From Escherichia coli (lineage in GTDB: Bacteria; Pseudomonadota; Gammaproteobacteria; Enterobacterales; Enterobacteriaceae), in the NCBI RefSeq assembly GCF_044324875.1, contig NZ_CP172185.1: a stretch of 64,000 nucleotides of DNA; one strand, written 5' to 3'. Below are positions 51,891 to 63,181 of this stretch, piece by piece (position 1 is the first letter of the stretch; each line of letters starts with the position of its first letter). The notes beneath the pieces were generated by a model, which saw nothing but the letters and a program-made list of their open reading frames with translations, made no database searches and was not told the DNA's origin. A program made the translations under genes and the position numbers.

Positions 51891-54038
51891 ATGAACGTTA
51901 TTGCAATATTGAATCACATGGGGGTTTATTTTAAAGAAGAACCCATCCGTGAACTTCATCGCGCGCTTGAACGTCTGAACTTCCAGATTGTTTACCCGAA
52001 CGACCGTGACGACTTATTAAAACTGATCGAAAACAATGCGCGTCTGTGCGGCGTTATTTTTGACTGGGATAAATATAATCTCGAGCTGTGCGAAGAAATT
52101 AGCAAAATGAACGAGAACCTGCCGTTGTACGCGTTCGCTAATACGTATTCCACTCTCGATGTAAGCCTGAATGACCTGCGTTTACAGATTAGCTTCTTTG
52201 AGTATGCGCTGGGTGCTGCTGAAGATATTGCTAATAAGATCAAGCAGACCACTGACGAATATATCAACACTATTCTGCCTCCGCTGACTAAAGCACTGTT
52301 TAAATATGTTCGTGAAGGTAAATATACTTTCTGTACTCCTGGTCACATGGGCGGTACTGCATTCCAGAAAAGCCCGGTAGGTAGCCTGTTCTATGATTTC
52401 TTTGGTCCGAACACCATGAAATCTGATATTTCCATTTCAGTATCTGAACTGGGTTCTCTGCTGGATCACAGTGGTCCACACAAAGAAGCAGAACAGTATA
52501 TCGCTCGCGTCTTTAACGCAGACCGCAGCTACATGGTGACCAACGGTACTTCCACTGCGAACAAAATTGTTGGTATGTACTCTGCTCCGGCAGGCAGCAC
52601 CATTCTGATTGACCGTAACTGCCACAAATCGCTGACCCACCTGATGATGATGAGCGATGTTACGCCAATCTATTTCCGCCCGACCCGTAACGCTTACGGT
52701 ATTCTTGGTGGTATCCCACAGAGTGAATTCCAGCACGCTACCATTGCTAAGCGTGTGAAAGAAACACCAAACGCAACCTGGCCGGTACATGCCGTAATTA
52801 CTAACTCTACCTATGATGGTCTGCTGTACAACACCGACTTCATCAAGAAAACACTGGATGTGAAATCCATCCACTTTGACTCCGCGTGGGTGCCTTACAC
52901 CAACTTCTCACCGATTTACGAAGGTAAATGCGGTATGAGCGGTGGCCGTGTAGAAGGGAAAGTGATTTACGAAACCCAGTCCACTCACAAACTGCTGGCG
53001 GCGTTCTCTCAGGCTTCCATGATCCACGTTAAAGGTGACGTAAACGAAGAAACCTTTAACGAAGCCTACATGATGCACACCACCACTTCTCCGCACTACG
53101 GTATCGTGGCGTCCACTGAAACCGCTGCGGCGATGATGAAAGGTAATGCTGGTAAGCGTCTGATCAACGGTTCCATTGAACGTGCGATCAAATTCCGTAA
53201 AGAGATCAAACGCCTGAGAACGGAATCTGATGGCTGGTTCTTTGATGTATGGCAGCCGGATCATATCGATACGACTGAATGCTGGCCGCTGCGTTCTGAC
53301 AGCACCTGGCACGGCTTCAAAAACATCGATAACGAGCACATGTATCTTGACCCGATCAAAGTCACCCTGCTGACTCCGGGGATGGAAAAAGACGGCACCA
53401 TGAGCGACTTTGGTATTCCGGCCAGCATCGTGGCGAAATACCTCGACGAACATGGCATCGTTGTTGAGAAAACCGGTCCGTATAACCTGCTGTTCCTGTT
53501 CAGCATCGGTATCGATAAGACCAAAGCACTGAGCCTGCTGCGTGCTCTGACAGACTTCAAACGTGCGTTCGATCTGAACCTGCGTGTGAAAAACATGCTG
53601 CCGTCTCTGTATCGTGAAGATCCTGAATTCTATGAAAACATGCGTATTCAGGAACTGGCTCAGAATATCCACAAACTGATTGTTCACCACAATCTGCCGG
53701 ATCTGATGTATCGCGCATTTGAAGTTCTGCCGACCATGGTAATGACTCCGTATGCTGCGTTCCAGAAAGAGCTGCACGGTATGACCGAAGAAGTTTACCT
53801 CGACGAAATGGTAGGTCGTATTAACGCCAATATGATCCTTCCGTATCCGCCGGGAGTTCCTCTGGTAATGCCGGGTGAAATGATCACCGAAGAAAGCCGT
53901 CCGGTTCTGGAGTTCCTGCAGATGCTGTGTGAAATCGGCGCTCACTATCCGGGCTTTGAAACCGATATTCACGGTGCATACCGTCAGGCTGATGGCCGCT
54001 ATACCGTTAAGGTATTGAAAGAAGAAAGCAAAAAATAA
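51891..54038 (+). CDS. cadA: Inducible lysine decarboxylase
   Basis: 715 aa from MNVIAILNHMGVYFKEEPIRELHRALERLNF..., matching E. coli CadA. The ORF-track start at 51852 is an upstream in-frame extension. Confidence 0.95.
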   Translation: MNVIAILNHMGVYFKEEPIRELHRALERLNFQIVYPNDRDDLLKLIENNARLCGVIFDWDKYNLELCEEISKMNENLPLYAFANTYSTLDVSLNDLRLQISFFEYALGAAEDIANKIKQTTDEYINTILPPLTKALFKYVREGKYTFCTPGHMGGTAFQKSPVGSLFYDFFGPNTMKSDISISVSELGSLLDHSGPHKEAEQYIARVFNADRSYMVTNGTSTANKIVGMYSAPAGSTILIDRNCHKSLTHLMMMSDVTPIYFRPTRNAYGILGGIPQSEFQHATIAKRVKETPNATWPVHAVITNSTYDGLLYNTDFIKKTLDVKSIHFDSAWVPYTNFSPIYEGKCGMSGGRVEGKVIYETQSTHKLLAAFSQASMIHVKGDVNEETFNEAYMMHTTTSPHYGIVASTETAAAMMKGNAGKRLINGSIERAIKFRKEIKRLRTESDGWFFDVWQPDHIDTTECWPLRSDSTWHGFKNIDNEHMYLDPIKVTLLTPGMEKDGTMSDFGIPASIVAKYLDEHGIVVEKTGPYNLLFLFSIGIDKTKALSLLRALTDFKRAFDLNLRVKNMLPSLYREDPEFYENMRIQELAQNIHKLIVHHNLPDLMYRAFEVLPTMVMTPYAAFQKELHGMTEEVYLDEMVGRINANMILPYPPGVPLVMPGEMITEESRPVLEFLQMLCEIGAHYPGFETDIHGAYRQADGRYTVKVLKEESKK

Positions 54039-54051
54039 TTAGCTCGTACAA

Positions 54052-54080
54052 GGGAAGTGGCTTGCCACTTCCCTTTTTTG
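54052..54080 (+). terminator. Rho-independent terminator after cadA (gggaagtggc-ttgc-cacttccc + TTTTTT)
   Basis: 9-bp stem and T6 14 bp after the cadA stop. Confidence 0.6.
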
Positions 54081-54096
54081 CTCATAAGGAGAACAC

Positions 54097-55554
54097 ATGA
54101 AAACACCCTCACAGCCGCGCGCGATATACTATATCGTGGCGATCCAAATCTGGGAGTACTTCAGTTTTTACGGCATGCGTGCCTTACTCATTCTCTATCT
54201 CACCCATCAGCTTGGTTTTGATGATAACCATGCCATCAGCCTGTTCAGCGCATATGCATCTCTGGTTTACGTTACCCCTATTCTCGGCGGCTGGCTTGCC
54301 GACCGCCTGCTCGGCAACCGCACTGCAGTGATTGCCGGCGCGCTGTTAATGACCCTTGGCCATGTGGTGCTGGGCATTGATACAAATTCAACTTTTAGCC
54401 TGTATCTGGCGCTGGCAATCATTATTTGTGGCTACGGTTTATTCAAATCAAACATCAGCTGTTTGCTTGGCGAGCTCTACGACGAGAACGATCATCGACG
54501 TGATGGCGGTTTTTCGCTGCTGTATGCTGCGGGCAATATCGGTTCTATCGCAGCCCCAATCGCCTGCGGCCTGGCTGCTCAGTGGTATGGATGGCATGTT
54601 GGCTTTGCCCTTGCGGGTGGCGGCATGTTTATCGGTTTGTTGATTTTCTTAAGCGGTCATCGTCATTTCCAGTCCACGCGTAGTATGGATAAAAAAGCTC
54701 TAACAAGCGTTAAATTTGCCTTACCAGTATGGAGCTGGTTAGTGGTGATGCTCTGTTTAGCCCCTGTATTTTTTACCCTGCTGCTGGAGAACGACTGGTC
54801 AGGATATTTGCTGGCGATCGTTTGCCTCATTGCCGCACAAATCATTGCCCGCATGATGATCAAATTCCCCGAACACCGCCGTGCTCTTTGGCAAATTGTA
54901 TTGTTGATGTTTGTCGGGACATTGTTCTGGGTACTGGCACAACAGGGCGGCAGTACCATCAGCCTGTTTATCGATCGATTTGTGAATCGTCAGGCATTCA
55001 ATATTGAAGTACCTACTGCACTATTCCAGTCGGTGAACGCAATTGCGGTGATGCTCGCTGGGGTTGTACTTGCCTGGCTGGCATCGCCAGAAAGCCACGG
55101 TAACTCAACATTGCGCGTCTGGCTGAAGTTTGCCTTTGGTTTACTGCTGATGGCTTGTGGCTTTATGTTGCTGGCATTTGATGCCCGACATGCAGCGGCT
55201 GACGGTCAAGCGTCAATGGGCGTGATGATATCCGGGCTGGCGCTAATGGGCTTTGCCGAACTCTTTATTGACCCGGTGGCGATTGCGCAAATCACGCGTC
55301 TGAAAATGTCTGGCGTATTAACCGGTATTTATATGCTGGCAACAGGCGCGGTCGCCAACTGGCTGGCAGGCGTCGTGGCACAGCAGACGACAGAGTCGCA
55401 AATTAGCGGTATGGCAATTGCCGCTTACCAGCGATTCTTTTCTCAAATGGGAGAGTGGACGTTGGCTTGTGTCGCGATCATCGTGGTATTGGCCTTTGCT
55501 GCCCGTTTTCTGTTTAGCACGCCGACAAATATGATACAGGAGAGCAACGATTAA
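54097..55554 (+). CDS. dtpC: Proton-dependent dipeptide/tripeptide permease (POT family)
   Basis: 485 aa; POT-family signature [10 protein letters not shown]; matches E. coli DtpC (YjdL) in the K-12 gene order position. Confidence 0.9.
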   Translation: MKTPSQPRAIYYIVAIQIWEYFSFYGMRALLILYLTHQLGFDDNHAISLFSAYASLVYVTPILGGWLADRLLGNRTAVIAGALLMTLGHVVLGIDTNSTFSLYLALAIIICGYGLFKSNISCLLGELYDENDHRRDGGFSLLYAAGNIGSIAAPIACGLAAQWYGWHVGFALAGGGMFIGLLIFLSGHRHFQSTRSMDKKALTSVKFALPVWSWLVVMLCLAPVFFTLLLENDWSGYLLAIVCLIAAQIIARMMIKFPEHRRALWQIVLLMFVGTLFWVLAQQGGSTISLFIDRFVNRQAFNIEVPTALFQSVNAIAVMLAGVVLAWLASPESHGNSTLRVWLKFAFGLLLMACGFMLLAFDARHAAADGQASMGVMISGLALMGFAELFIDPVAIAQITRLKMSGVLTGIYMLATGAVANWLAGVVAQQTTESQISGMAIAAYQRFFSQMGEWTLACVAIIVVLAFAARFLFSTPTNMIQESND

Positions 55555-55790
55555 CTGTCGTAAAAACAATTGGTTATGAATAAATTAACTTTCAGTTTAT
55601 CACACTAGCAAATCGAGATTAATAAGTCATTTAAACCATTTTTATGGTTATTTATTAGTGATATCAACTTGAGGTAAGCGTTAGTTTCGATAAGATAAAC
55701 TGAGTTATTAATAGTCGAGGCAGATAATACAGTGTACCGATCTGTCTCTTTATCTACGCTAAATTGAAAGCTGGATTTAGAGGAACCAAA

Positions 55791-57308
55791 ATGTCTGAAC
55801 GAGAAACACGGGGAGCCAATGAGGCTATTGATTTTAACGATGAACTGAGAAATCGCCGCGAAAAACTGGCGGCACTACGTCAGCAAGGTGTGGCGTTTCC
55901 CAATGATTTTCGCCGCGACCATACCTCTGACAAGTTGCACGAAGAGTTTGATGCGAAGGATAACCAGGAACTGGAATCCTTAAACATTGAAGTCTCGGTT
56001 GCTGGCCGAATGATGACCCGTCGTATCATGGGGAAAGCCTCCTTTGTAACGTTGCAGGATGTCGGTGGCCGTATTCAACTGTACGTTGCAAGAGATAGCC
56101 TGCCAGAAGGTGTTTATAACGATCAGTTTAAAAAATGGGATCTGGGTGACATTATCGGTGCCCGCGGTACGCTGTTTAAGACGCAAACCGGTGAGCTTTC
56201 CATTCACTGTACTGAGCTGCGCCTGCTGACTAAAGCACTACGTCCTTTACCAGATAAATTCCATGGTCTGCAGGATCAGGAAGTCCGTTATCGTCAACGT
56301 TATCTGGACCTCATCGCTAACGATAAATCCCGTCAAACGTTTGTTGTCCGTTCAAAAATTCTGGCCGCTATCCGTCAGTTCATGGTCGCGCGCGGCTTTA
56401 TGGAAGTAGAAACCCCGATGATGCAGGTAATTCCAGGTGGGGCATCTGCTCGCCCGTTTATTACCCATCATAACGCTCTGGATTTAGATATGTACCTGCG
56501 TATCGCGCCGGAGCTGTATCTGAAACGTCTGGTTGTAGGCGGTTTTGAACGGGTATTCGAAATCAACCGTAACTTCCGTAATGAAGGTATTTCTGTTCGC
56601 CATAATCCTGAGTTCACAATGATGGAACTCTACATGGCGTATGCGGATTACCACGATTTGATTGAACTGACGGAGTCCCTGTTCCGCACCCTGGCACAAG
56701 AGGTTCTTGGTACCACTAAAGTCACTTATGGCGAGCATGTGTTTGATTTCGGCAAACCGTTTGAAAAACTCACCATGCGCGAAGCAATCAAAAAATATCG
56801 TCCAGAAACCGATATGGCCGACCTGGATAATTTTGATGCTGCTAAAGCATTAGCTGAATCTATCGGAATTACGGTAGAGAAAAGCTGGGGTCTGGGACGT
56901 ATTGTTACGGAGATCTTTGATGAAGTGGCAGAAGCACATCTGATTCAGCCAACCTTTATTACGGAATATCCGGCAGAAGTGTCCCCGCTGGCGCGCCGTA
57001 ATGATGTTAACCCGGAAATCACCGACCGTTTTGAATTCTTCATCGGTGGTCGTGAAATCGGTAATGGTTTTAGCGAATTAAACGACGCAGAAGATCAGGC
57101 TGAACGTTTCCAGGAACAGGTTAACGCTAAAGCTGCAGGTGACGACGAAGCCATGTTCTATGACGAAGATTACGTGACTGCGCTGGAATATGGTCTGCCG
57201 CCAACCGCTGGTCTGGGTATTGGTATCGACCGAATGATTATGCTGTTTACAAACAGTCATACTATTCGCGACGTTATTCTCTTCCCGGCGATGCGCCCAC
57301 AGAAATAA
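55791..57308 (+). CDS. lysU: Lysine--tRNA ligase, heat-inducible
   Basis: 505 aa from [47 protein letters not shown]...; this is the LysU (not LysS) N-terminus, in the K-12 position next to dtpC. Confidence 0.95.
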   Translation: MSERETRGANEAIDFNDELRNRREKLAALRQQGVAFPNDFRRDHTSDKLHEEFDAKDNQELESLNIEVSVAGRMMTRRIMGKASFVTLQDVGGRIQLYVARDSLPEGVYNDQFKKWDLGDIIGARGTLFKTQTGELSIHCTELRLLTKALRPLPDKFHGLQDQEVRYRQRYLDLIANDKSRQTFVVRSKILAAIRQFMVARGFMEVETPMMQVIPGGASARPFITHHNALDLDMYLRIAPELYLKRLVVGGFERVFEINRNFRNEGISVRHNPEFTMMELYMAYADYHDLIELTESLFRTLAQEVLGTTKVTYGEHVFDFGKPFEKLTMREAIKKYRPETDMADLDNFDAAKALAESIGITVEKSWGLGRIVTEIFDEVAEAHLIQPTFITEYPAEVSPLARRNDVNPEITDRFEFFIGGREIGNGFSELNDAEDQAERFQEQVNAKAAGDDEAMFYDEDYVTALEYGLPPTAGLGIGIDRMIMLFTNSHTIRDVILFPAMRPQK

Positions 57309-57321
57309 ATTTCACTTAAAT

Positions 57322-57351
57322 GAACGAAGCAGTCAGGCGACTGCTTCGTTC
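57322..57351. terminator. Bidirectional rho-independent terminator between convergent lysU and ghoT
   Basis: gaacgaagcagtc-aggcg-actgcttcgttc forms a 12-bp stem hairpin. Confidence 0.55.
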
Positions 57352-57426
57352 GTCGTTCCGCAAATCCAGTTATGAGGAGAGACGCTTCGTTTCAAGATAA
57401 CCAGCGGGTCCACTCAACTACAGCTC

Positions 57427-57600
57427 CTAAAAGAGAGAAAAAAGTAATGCCACAGGCAGACTCATTGGCCAGGTTATTCCGACCAGGAATGCACTAAGTA
57501 AACGAATATGTGTTTTCTCATGTGAGATAAACCAGATAATGACAAAGGATATGTTCACACCAATCACATAAAAAATTAATATTTTAGAGAATAGTGCCAT
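57427..57600 (-). CDS. ghoT: Type V TA toxin GhoT (small membrane-lytic peptide)
   Basis: Missed by the ORF track (57 aa). Minus-strand MALFSKILIFYVIGVNISFVIIWFISHEKTHIRLLSAFLVGITWPMSLPVALLFSLF matches GhoT exactly. Confidence 0.85.
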   Translation of the reverse strand: MALFSKILIFYVIGVNISFVIIWFISHEKTHIRLLSAFLVGITWPMSLPVALLFSLF

Positions 57601-57627
57601 TTTTTATGTTCTTCTTATCCTTCCTGG

Positions 57628-57924
57628 CTACTTGTAAAACTGACGGAAATAGTCATCAACGGTCATAATGTTGAGGTCAAAATCAATATCCGGTAAGTCT
57701 AAGCATTTGAGCCTGATTAAATCTTCGATTTCACTTGCGGCTAATGATGTCGTTATTGCGAAGGAATTTTCATTCAATTGTCGTGGTATCCCATATTCAT
57801 CAGCCACGATAGAGGAGAAATTCATATCATACATCAATGATCTTAACCTTAAGAACACTGAGGAATAAGATGATGGATAATCAAAAGAAACAACATAAGT
57901 ATTGAACTTGTTTTTACCTTCCAT
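57628..57924 (-). CDS. ghoS: Type V TA antitoxin GhoS (sequence-specific endoribonuclease cleaving ghoT mRNA)
   Basis: 98 aa MEGKNKFNTYVVSFDYPSSYSSVFLRLRSLMYDMNFSS... matches GhoS (YjdK). Confidence 0.9.
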   Translation of the reverse strand: MEGKNKFNTYVVSFDYPSSYSSVFLRLRSLMYDMNFSSIVADEYGIPRQLNENSFAITTSLAASEIEDLIRLKCLDLPDIDFDLNIMTVDDYFRQFYK

Positions 57925-58151
57925 AATATGACTCCTATCAATTTTAAACGCTCTGGGGACGCAAAACTTATTAACCCCAATCGATGATTCTCATATAGGA
58001 GATATTCTTTTTTTTTGCTCAGTAAAGGGGATGACTTGGGACAAAAAAACGCTCTCTCTGCCCATTCTTTGTGCATCCCCCTACCCTTCAGATGCTCTCC
58101 TGCATCACACCGCGGAGAGCATGAAAAATATCGTGACTCTGTACTCTCCCA

Positions 58152-58424
58152 TCAACTGCGAATATCATCATACTCCCGCGTTTTATCAAATTCGTGTTTC
58201 GCAAATGGGCATAGTGGGATAATTTTTCGTTTTTCCCGACGCATTTTTTCCACGACTTTCGCAACCAGCTGTTTACCAATCCCCTGCCCTTTCAGGCTTT
58301 CATCGACATCGGTATGTTCGATAATCGCTAAATTCTCTCCGGTCGGCACAAAGACAATTTCAGCGATTTGCTTGCCTTGTTCGTCATTAATGTAAAATTT
58401 ATTGTGGCCTTCGCGTATTTCCAT
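58152..58424 (-). CDS. yjdJ: GNAT-like small acetyltransferase-fold protein YjdJ
   Basis: 90 aa matching K-12 YjdJ in conserved position. Confidence 0.85.
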   Translation of the reverse strand: MEIREGHNKFYINDEQGKQIAEIVFVPTGENLAIIEHTDVDESLKGQGIGKQLVAKVVEKMRREKRKIIPLCPFAKHEFDKTREYDDIRS

Positions 58425-58435
58425 TTTACCCTCGC

Positions 58436-58666
58436 TTATTTATGACGGTATTTCAGCGCGCCGCTCGGGCACGTATCAATCACTTTAACCACAGTGGTGA
58501 CGTCAACTTCATCCGGCATGATCCACGGCTTTCGTTTGAGATTAAATAACTTGCCGTTGCCACGTACGCAATTGCCAGAATGCTGACATATCGCAGTGTT
58601 GAACCAGACATCGATCTTTTCGCCGGTATAGCAGCGATAACCACCGTCCAGTAGATCCTGATCCAT
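58436..58666 (-). CDS. yjdI: YjdI (DUF4186 / Fe-S-cluster-like small protein)
   Basis: 76 aa from [36 protein letters not shown]... matches K-12 YjdI length. The ORF-track 95-aa version uses an upstream in-frame ATG. Confidence 0.8.
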   Translation of the reverse strand: MDQDLLDGGYRCYTGEKIDVWFNTAICQHSGNCVRGNGKLFNLKRKPWIMPDEVDVTTVVKVIDTCPSGALKYRHK

Positions 58667-58845
58667 GACCTTCCCCCTCTCATCAGTATGGTTTTCGCAA
58701 TAAGCATAGCCCGGAATCTTCATACCGCACCGGCAGTTTCAGTTTCCTGAGCCTCTTCCCCTATATAGCCAATCATTCTTACTCCCTTTGAATTACCCGC
58801 CTCATCAGAGATAATGCTTAAGAAATTTGTCACACAAGGAAGCTG

Positions 58846-60477
58846 ATGAGACATTCATTGCCCTACCGCATGTTACGCAAACGTCCGATGAAATTGAGTA
58901 CCACAGTGATCTTAATGGTCAGCGCGGTACTGTTCTCGGTGCTATTGGTGGTGCATCTGATTTACTTCTCGCAAATCAGTGATATGACGCGAGACGGGCT
59001 AGCCAACAAGGCACTGGCGGTGGCGCGTACCCTCGCCGACTCGCCGGAAATCCGTCAGGGCTTGCAGAAAAAACCGCAGGAGAGCGGCATCCAGGCCATC
59101 GCGGAAGCCGTGCGCAAACGCAACGATCTGCTGTTTATTGTCGTTACCGATATGCAAAGTCTTCGCTACTCGCATCCTGAAGCCCAGCGTATTGGTCAGC
59201 CATTTAAAGGTGATGACATCCTTAAAGCGCTGAATGGCGAAGAAAATGTCGCTATCAATCGCGGTTTTCTGGCGCAGGCTTTACGCGTATTTACCCCCAT
59301 CTACGATGAAAATCATAAACAAATTGGCGTGGTGGCGATCGGCCTTGAGTTAAGTCGCGTGACCCAACAGATCAATGACAGTCGCTGGAGCATTATCTGG
59401 TCGGTATTATTTGGCATGCTGGTCGGACTGATCGGCACCTGCATTCTGGTTAAAGTACTGAAAAAAATTCTTTTTGGCCTGGAACCCTACGAAATCTCCA
59501 CGCTGTTTGAGCAACGCCAGGCCATGTTGCAGTCTATCAAAGAAGGCGTCGTTGCCGTGGACGATCGCGGCGAAGTCACGCTGATCAACGATGCCGCACA
59601 AGAATTGCTGAATTACCGTAAGTCGCAGGACGATGAGAAACTGTCGACGCTAAGCCACTCGTGGTCACAGGTAGTAGATGTCTCGGAAGTGTTACGCGAC
59701 GGTACCCCGCGCCGCGACGAAGAGATTACGATTAAAGACCGGCTATTACTGATCAACACCGTTCCGGTGCGCAGTAATGGCGTTATCATCGGTGCCATTT
59801 CAACCTTCAGAGACAAAACTGAAGTACGTAAACTGATGCAGCGACTCGACGGTCTGGTCAACTATGCTGACGCACTTCGTGAACGATCCCACGAATTTAT
59901 GAATAAATTGCACGTGATTCTCGGATTATTGCATCTGAAGAGTTATAAGCAGTTGGAAGATTACATTCTCAAAACAGCCAATAACTATCAGGAAGAGATT
60001 GGCTCTCTGCTGGGTAAGATCAAATCTCCGGTTATAGCTGGTTTTTTAATCAGCAAGATTAACCGCGCGACCGATTTAGGCCATACGCTGATTTTAAACA
60101 GTGAAAGCCAGCTGCCAGACAGCGGCAGTGAAGACCAGGTCGCGACGCTGATTACCACGTTGGGAAATCTGATAGAAAACGCGCTGGAAGCATTAGGGCC
60201 GGAACCCGGAGGCGAAATTAGCGTAACATTGCACTACCGTCACGGCTGGCTGCACTGTGAAGTTAATGATGATGGACCGGGGATCGCACCCGATAAAATC
60301 GATCACATTTTTGACAAAGGTGTCTCGACAAAAGGAAGCGAGCGAGGCGTCGGTTTAGCACTTGTCAAACAACAGGTAGAAAATCTCGGCGGCAGCATCG
60401 CCGTGGAATCGGAACCCGGGATTTTCACACAATTTTTTGTCCAGATACCCTGGGACGGGGAGAGGTCGAACAGATGA
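58846..60477 (+). CDS. dcuS: C4-dicarboxylate sensor histidine kinase
   Basis: 543 aa matching E. coli DcuS (periplasmic PASp, PASc, HATPase). Confidence 0.95.
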   Translation: MRHSLPYRMLRKRPMKLSTTVILMVSAVLFSVLLVVHLIYFSQISDMTRDGLANKALAVARTLADSPEIRQGLQKKPQESGIQAIAEAVRKRNDLLFIVVTDMQSLRYSHPEAQRIGQPFKGDDILKALNGEENVAINRGFLAQALRVFTPIYDENHKQIGVVAIGLELSRVTQQINDSRWSIIWSVLFGMLVGLIGTCILVKVLKKILFGLEPYEISTLFEQRQAMLQSIKEGVVAVDDRGEVTLINDAAQELLNYRKSQDDEKLSTLSHSWSQVVDVSEVLRDGTPRRDEEITIKDRLLLINTVPVRSNGVIIGAISTFRDKTEVRKLMQRLDGLVNYADALRERSHEFMNKLHVILGLLHLKSYKQLEDYILKTANNYQEEIGSLLGKIKSPVIAGFLISKINRATDLGHTLILNSESQLPDSGSEDQVATLITTLGNLIENALEALGPEPGGEISVTLHYRHGWLHCEVNDDGPGIAPDKIDHIFDKGVSTKGSERGVGLALVKQQVENLGGSIAVESEPGIFTQFFVQIPWDGERSNR

Positions 60478-61193
60478 TCAATGTATTAATTATCGATGAC
60501 GACGCAATGGTCGCGGAGCTGAATCGCCGATACGTAGCACAAATCCCAGGCTTTCAATGCTGTGGAACAGCCTCGACGCTGGAGAAAGCCAAAGAGATTA
60601 TCTTCAATAGCGATACGCCTATCGACCTGATATTGCTCGATATCTATATGCAAAAAGAGAACGGGCTCGATTTACTGCCTGTCCTGCATAACGCGCGTTG
60701 CAAAAGTGATGTGATTGTCATCTCCTCCGCAGCCGATGCGGCAACCATTAAAGATTCGCTGCATTACGGTGTCGTGGATTACCTGATCAAACCCTTCCAG
60801 GCTTCCCGCTTTGAAGAGGCGCTCACCGGCTGGCGGCAAAAGAAAATGGCGCTGGAAAAACATCAGTATTATGACCAGGCCGAGCTTGATCAGCTAATCC
60901 ACGGCAGCAGCTCCAACGAGCAGGATCCTCGTCGCTTGCCAAAAGGCTTAACGCCGCAGACGTTACGCACGCTGTGCCAGTGGATTGACGCGCATCAGGA
61001 CTATGAGTTTTCAACCGACGAGCTGGCTAACGAGGTTAACATTTCGCGTGTTTCCTGCCGTAAATACCTCATCTGGCTGGTCAACTGCCACATCTTGTTC
61101 ACCAGTATCCATTATGGCGTCACGGGGCGTCCGGTTTACCGTTACCGTATTCAGGCAGAACACTACTCACTGCTGAAACAATATTGCCAATAA
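60474..61193 (+). CDS. dcuR: C4-dicarboxylate response regulator
   Basis: 239 aa CitB-family regulator; overlaps the dcuS stop (ATGA). Confidence 0.95.
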   Translation: MINVLIIDDDAMVAELNRRYVAQIPGFQCCGTASTLEKAKEIIFNSDTPIDLILLDIYMQKENGLDLLPVLHNARCKSDVIVISSAADAATIKDSLHYGVVDYLIKPFQASRFEEALTGWRQKKMALEKHQYYDQAELDQLIHGSSSNEQDPRRLPKGLTPQTLRTLCQWIDAHQDYEFSTDELANEVNISRVSCRKYLIWLVNCHILFTSIHYGVTGRPVYRYRIQAEHYSLLKQYCQ

Positions 61194-61245
61194 CGGATCG
61201 CTGGTTATCTGTAAGTAATAATTATTACTGTAATGCAAAATATTC

Positions 61246-61292
61246 CTGGCACAAGTTACATTCTTCATCAGTAAAACTTGTGCCAGATCAAA
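61246..61292 (+). promoter_or_regulatory. 12-bp-stem inverted repeat and FNR-like half-site pair upstream of dcuB
   Basis: ctggcacaagtt-N17-aacttgtgccag overlaps ttgtgccagatcaa (TTGAT-N4-ATCAA with one mismatch). dcuB is known to be FNR/DcuR/CRP/NarL controlled. Confidence 0.35.
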
Positions 61293-61763
61293 TATAATTA
61301 TCCCTCCATCATCGTTAAAAATTAATATCTCTTCAGATGAACGGTGTTTTTAATTTCAAAACGCTAACAAAAGTTAATTAACTATTATGTCACCCGCATT
61401 ATGTGTATTTTTACCCACAAATGGGTAGATCAGATTAATCTATAAACCTAATGATATCTGCCCTGAGAACAAAAAATAGACCGATAAATATCAATAAGAT
61501 AACAGCAAACAAAACATTAACATCTGCGCAGTACAAACTATAAACCCATCGCCAGAGAGTTTTTCTCTCTGAAAAAGCCGCTTATCACAGTGCATAAATT
61601 TGCCGCTGCTTTAATCAGCCAATATTCACTGTGAGGTATTTGCTAAAGCCGGTAACGACCAAACGGATATTTAGTCAGGCTCTGAAAACAGTTCATACAA
61701 AACAGAACGTGACTGTGATCTATTCAGCAAAAATTTAAATAGGATTATCGCGAGGGTTCACAC

Positions 61764-63104
61764 ATGTTATTTACTATCCAACTTATCATAATACTGATAT
61801 GTCTGTTTTATGGTGCCAGAAAGGGTGGTATCGCGCTGGGTTTATTAGGCGGTATCGGTCTGGTCATTCTGGTCTTCGTCTTCCACCTTCAGCCAGGTAA
61901 ACCACCGGTTGATGTCATGCTGGTTATCATTGCGGTGGTGGCGGCATCGGCGACCTTGCAAGCTTCGGGCGGTCTTGATGTCATGCTGCAAATTGCCGAG
62001 AAGCTGCTGCGCCGCAACCCGAAATATGTCTCAATTGTCGCGCCGTTTGTGACCTGTACGCTGACCATTCTTTGCGGTACGGGTCATGTGGTTTACACCA
62101 TTCTGCCGATCATCTACGACGTCGCCATTAAGAACAACATCCGTCCGGAACGCCCGATGGCGGCAAGTTCTATCGGTGCACAGATGGGGATTATCGCCAG
62201 TCCGGTGTCGGTTGCAGTCGTGTCTCTGGTTGCGATGCTGGGTAATGTCACCTTTGATGGTCGCCATCTTGAGTTCCTCGACCTGCTGGCAATCACCATT
62301 CCATCGACGTTAATCGGTATCCTGGCGATCGGTATCTTCAGCTGGTTCCGCGGTAAAGATCTGGATAAAGACGAAGAGTTCCAGAAATTCATCTCCGTAC
62401 CGGAAAACCGTGAGTATGTTTACGGTGATACCGCGACGTTGCTGGATAAAAAACTGCCGAAAAGCAACTGGCTGGCAATGTGGATCTTCCTCGGGGCAAT
62501 CGCTGTAGTCGCACTTCTTGGTGCTGATTCGGACCTGCGTCCATCCTTCGGTGGCAAACCGCTGTCGATGGTACTGGTTATTCAGATGTTTATGCTGCTT
62601 ACCGGGGCGCTGATTATTATCCTGACCAAAACCAATCCCGCGTCTATCTCAAAAAACGAAGTCTTCCGTTCCGGTATGATCGCCATCGTGGCGGTGTACG
62701 GTATCGCATGGATGGCTGAAACCATGTTCGGTGCGCATATGTCTGAAATTCAGGGCGTACTGGGTGAAATGGTGAAAGAGTATCCGTGGGCCTATGCCAT
62801 TGTTCTGCTGCTGGTTTCCAAGTTTGTAAACTCTCAGGCTGCGGCGCTGGCGGCGATTGTTCCGGTCGCGCTGGCGATCGGCGTTGATCCGGCATACATC
62901 GTGGCTTCAGCACCGGCTTGCTACGGTTATTACATCCTGCCGACTTATCCGAGCGATCTGGCAGCGATTCAGTTTGACCGTTCCGGCACCACCCACATCG
63001 GTCGCTTCGTCATCAACCACAGCTTTATTCTGCCGGGGTTGATTGGTGTGAGCGTATCGTGCGTCTTCGGCTGGATCTTCGCCGCGATGTACGGGTTCTT
63101 ATAA
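61764..63104 (+). CDS. dcuB: Anaerobic C4-dicarboxylate antiporter
   Basis: 446 aa matching E. coli DcuB. Confidence 0.95.
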
Positions 63105-63181
63105 ATGCACTTTGCGTGCCGCCCGTGACTACGCGGCACGCCATTTTCGAATAACAAATACAGAGTTACAGGCTGGAAGCT

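Noticed and set aside
52908-53972. 354-aa minus-strand ORF inside cadA (also 51263..51775 inside cadB, 18374..18919 inside ugpB, 42798..43637 and 43728..44651 inside island genes)
   Set aside because: All lie opposite genes whose products match well-known proteins end to end; their own translations are R/H/Q-rich nonsense without RBS.
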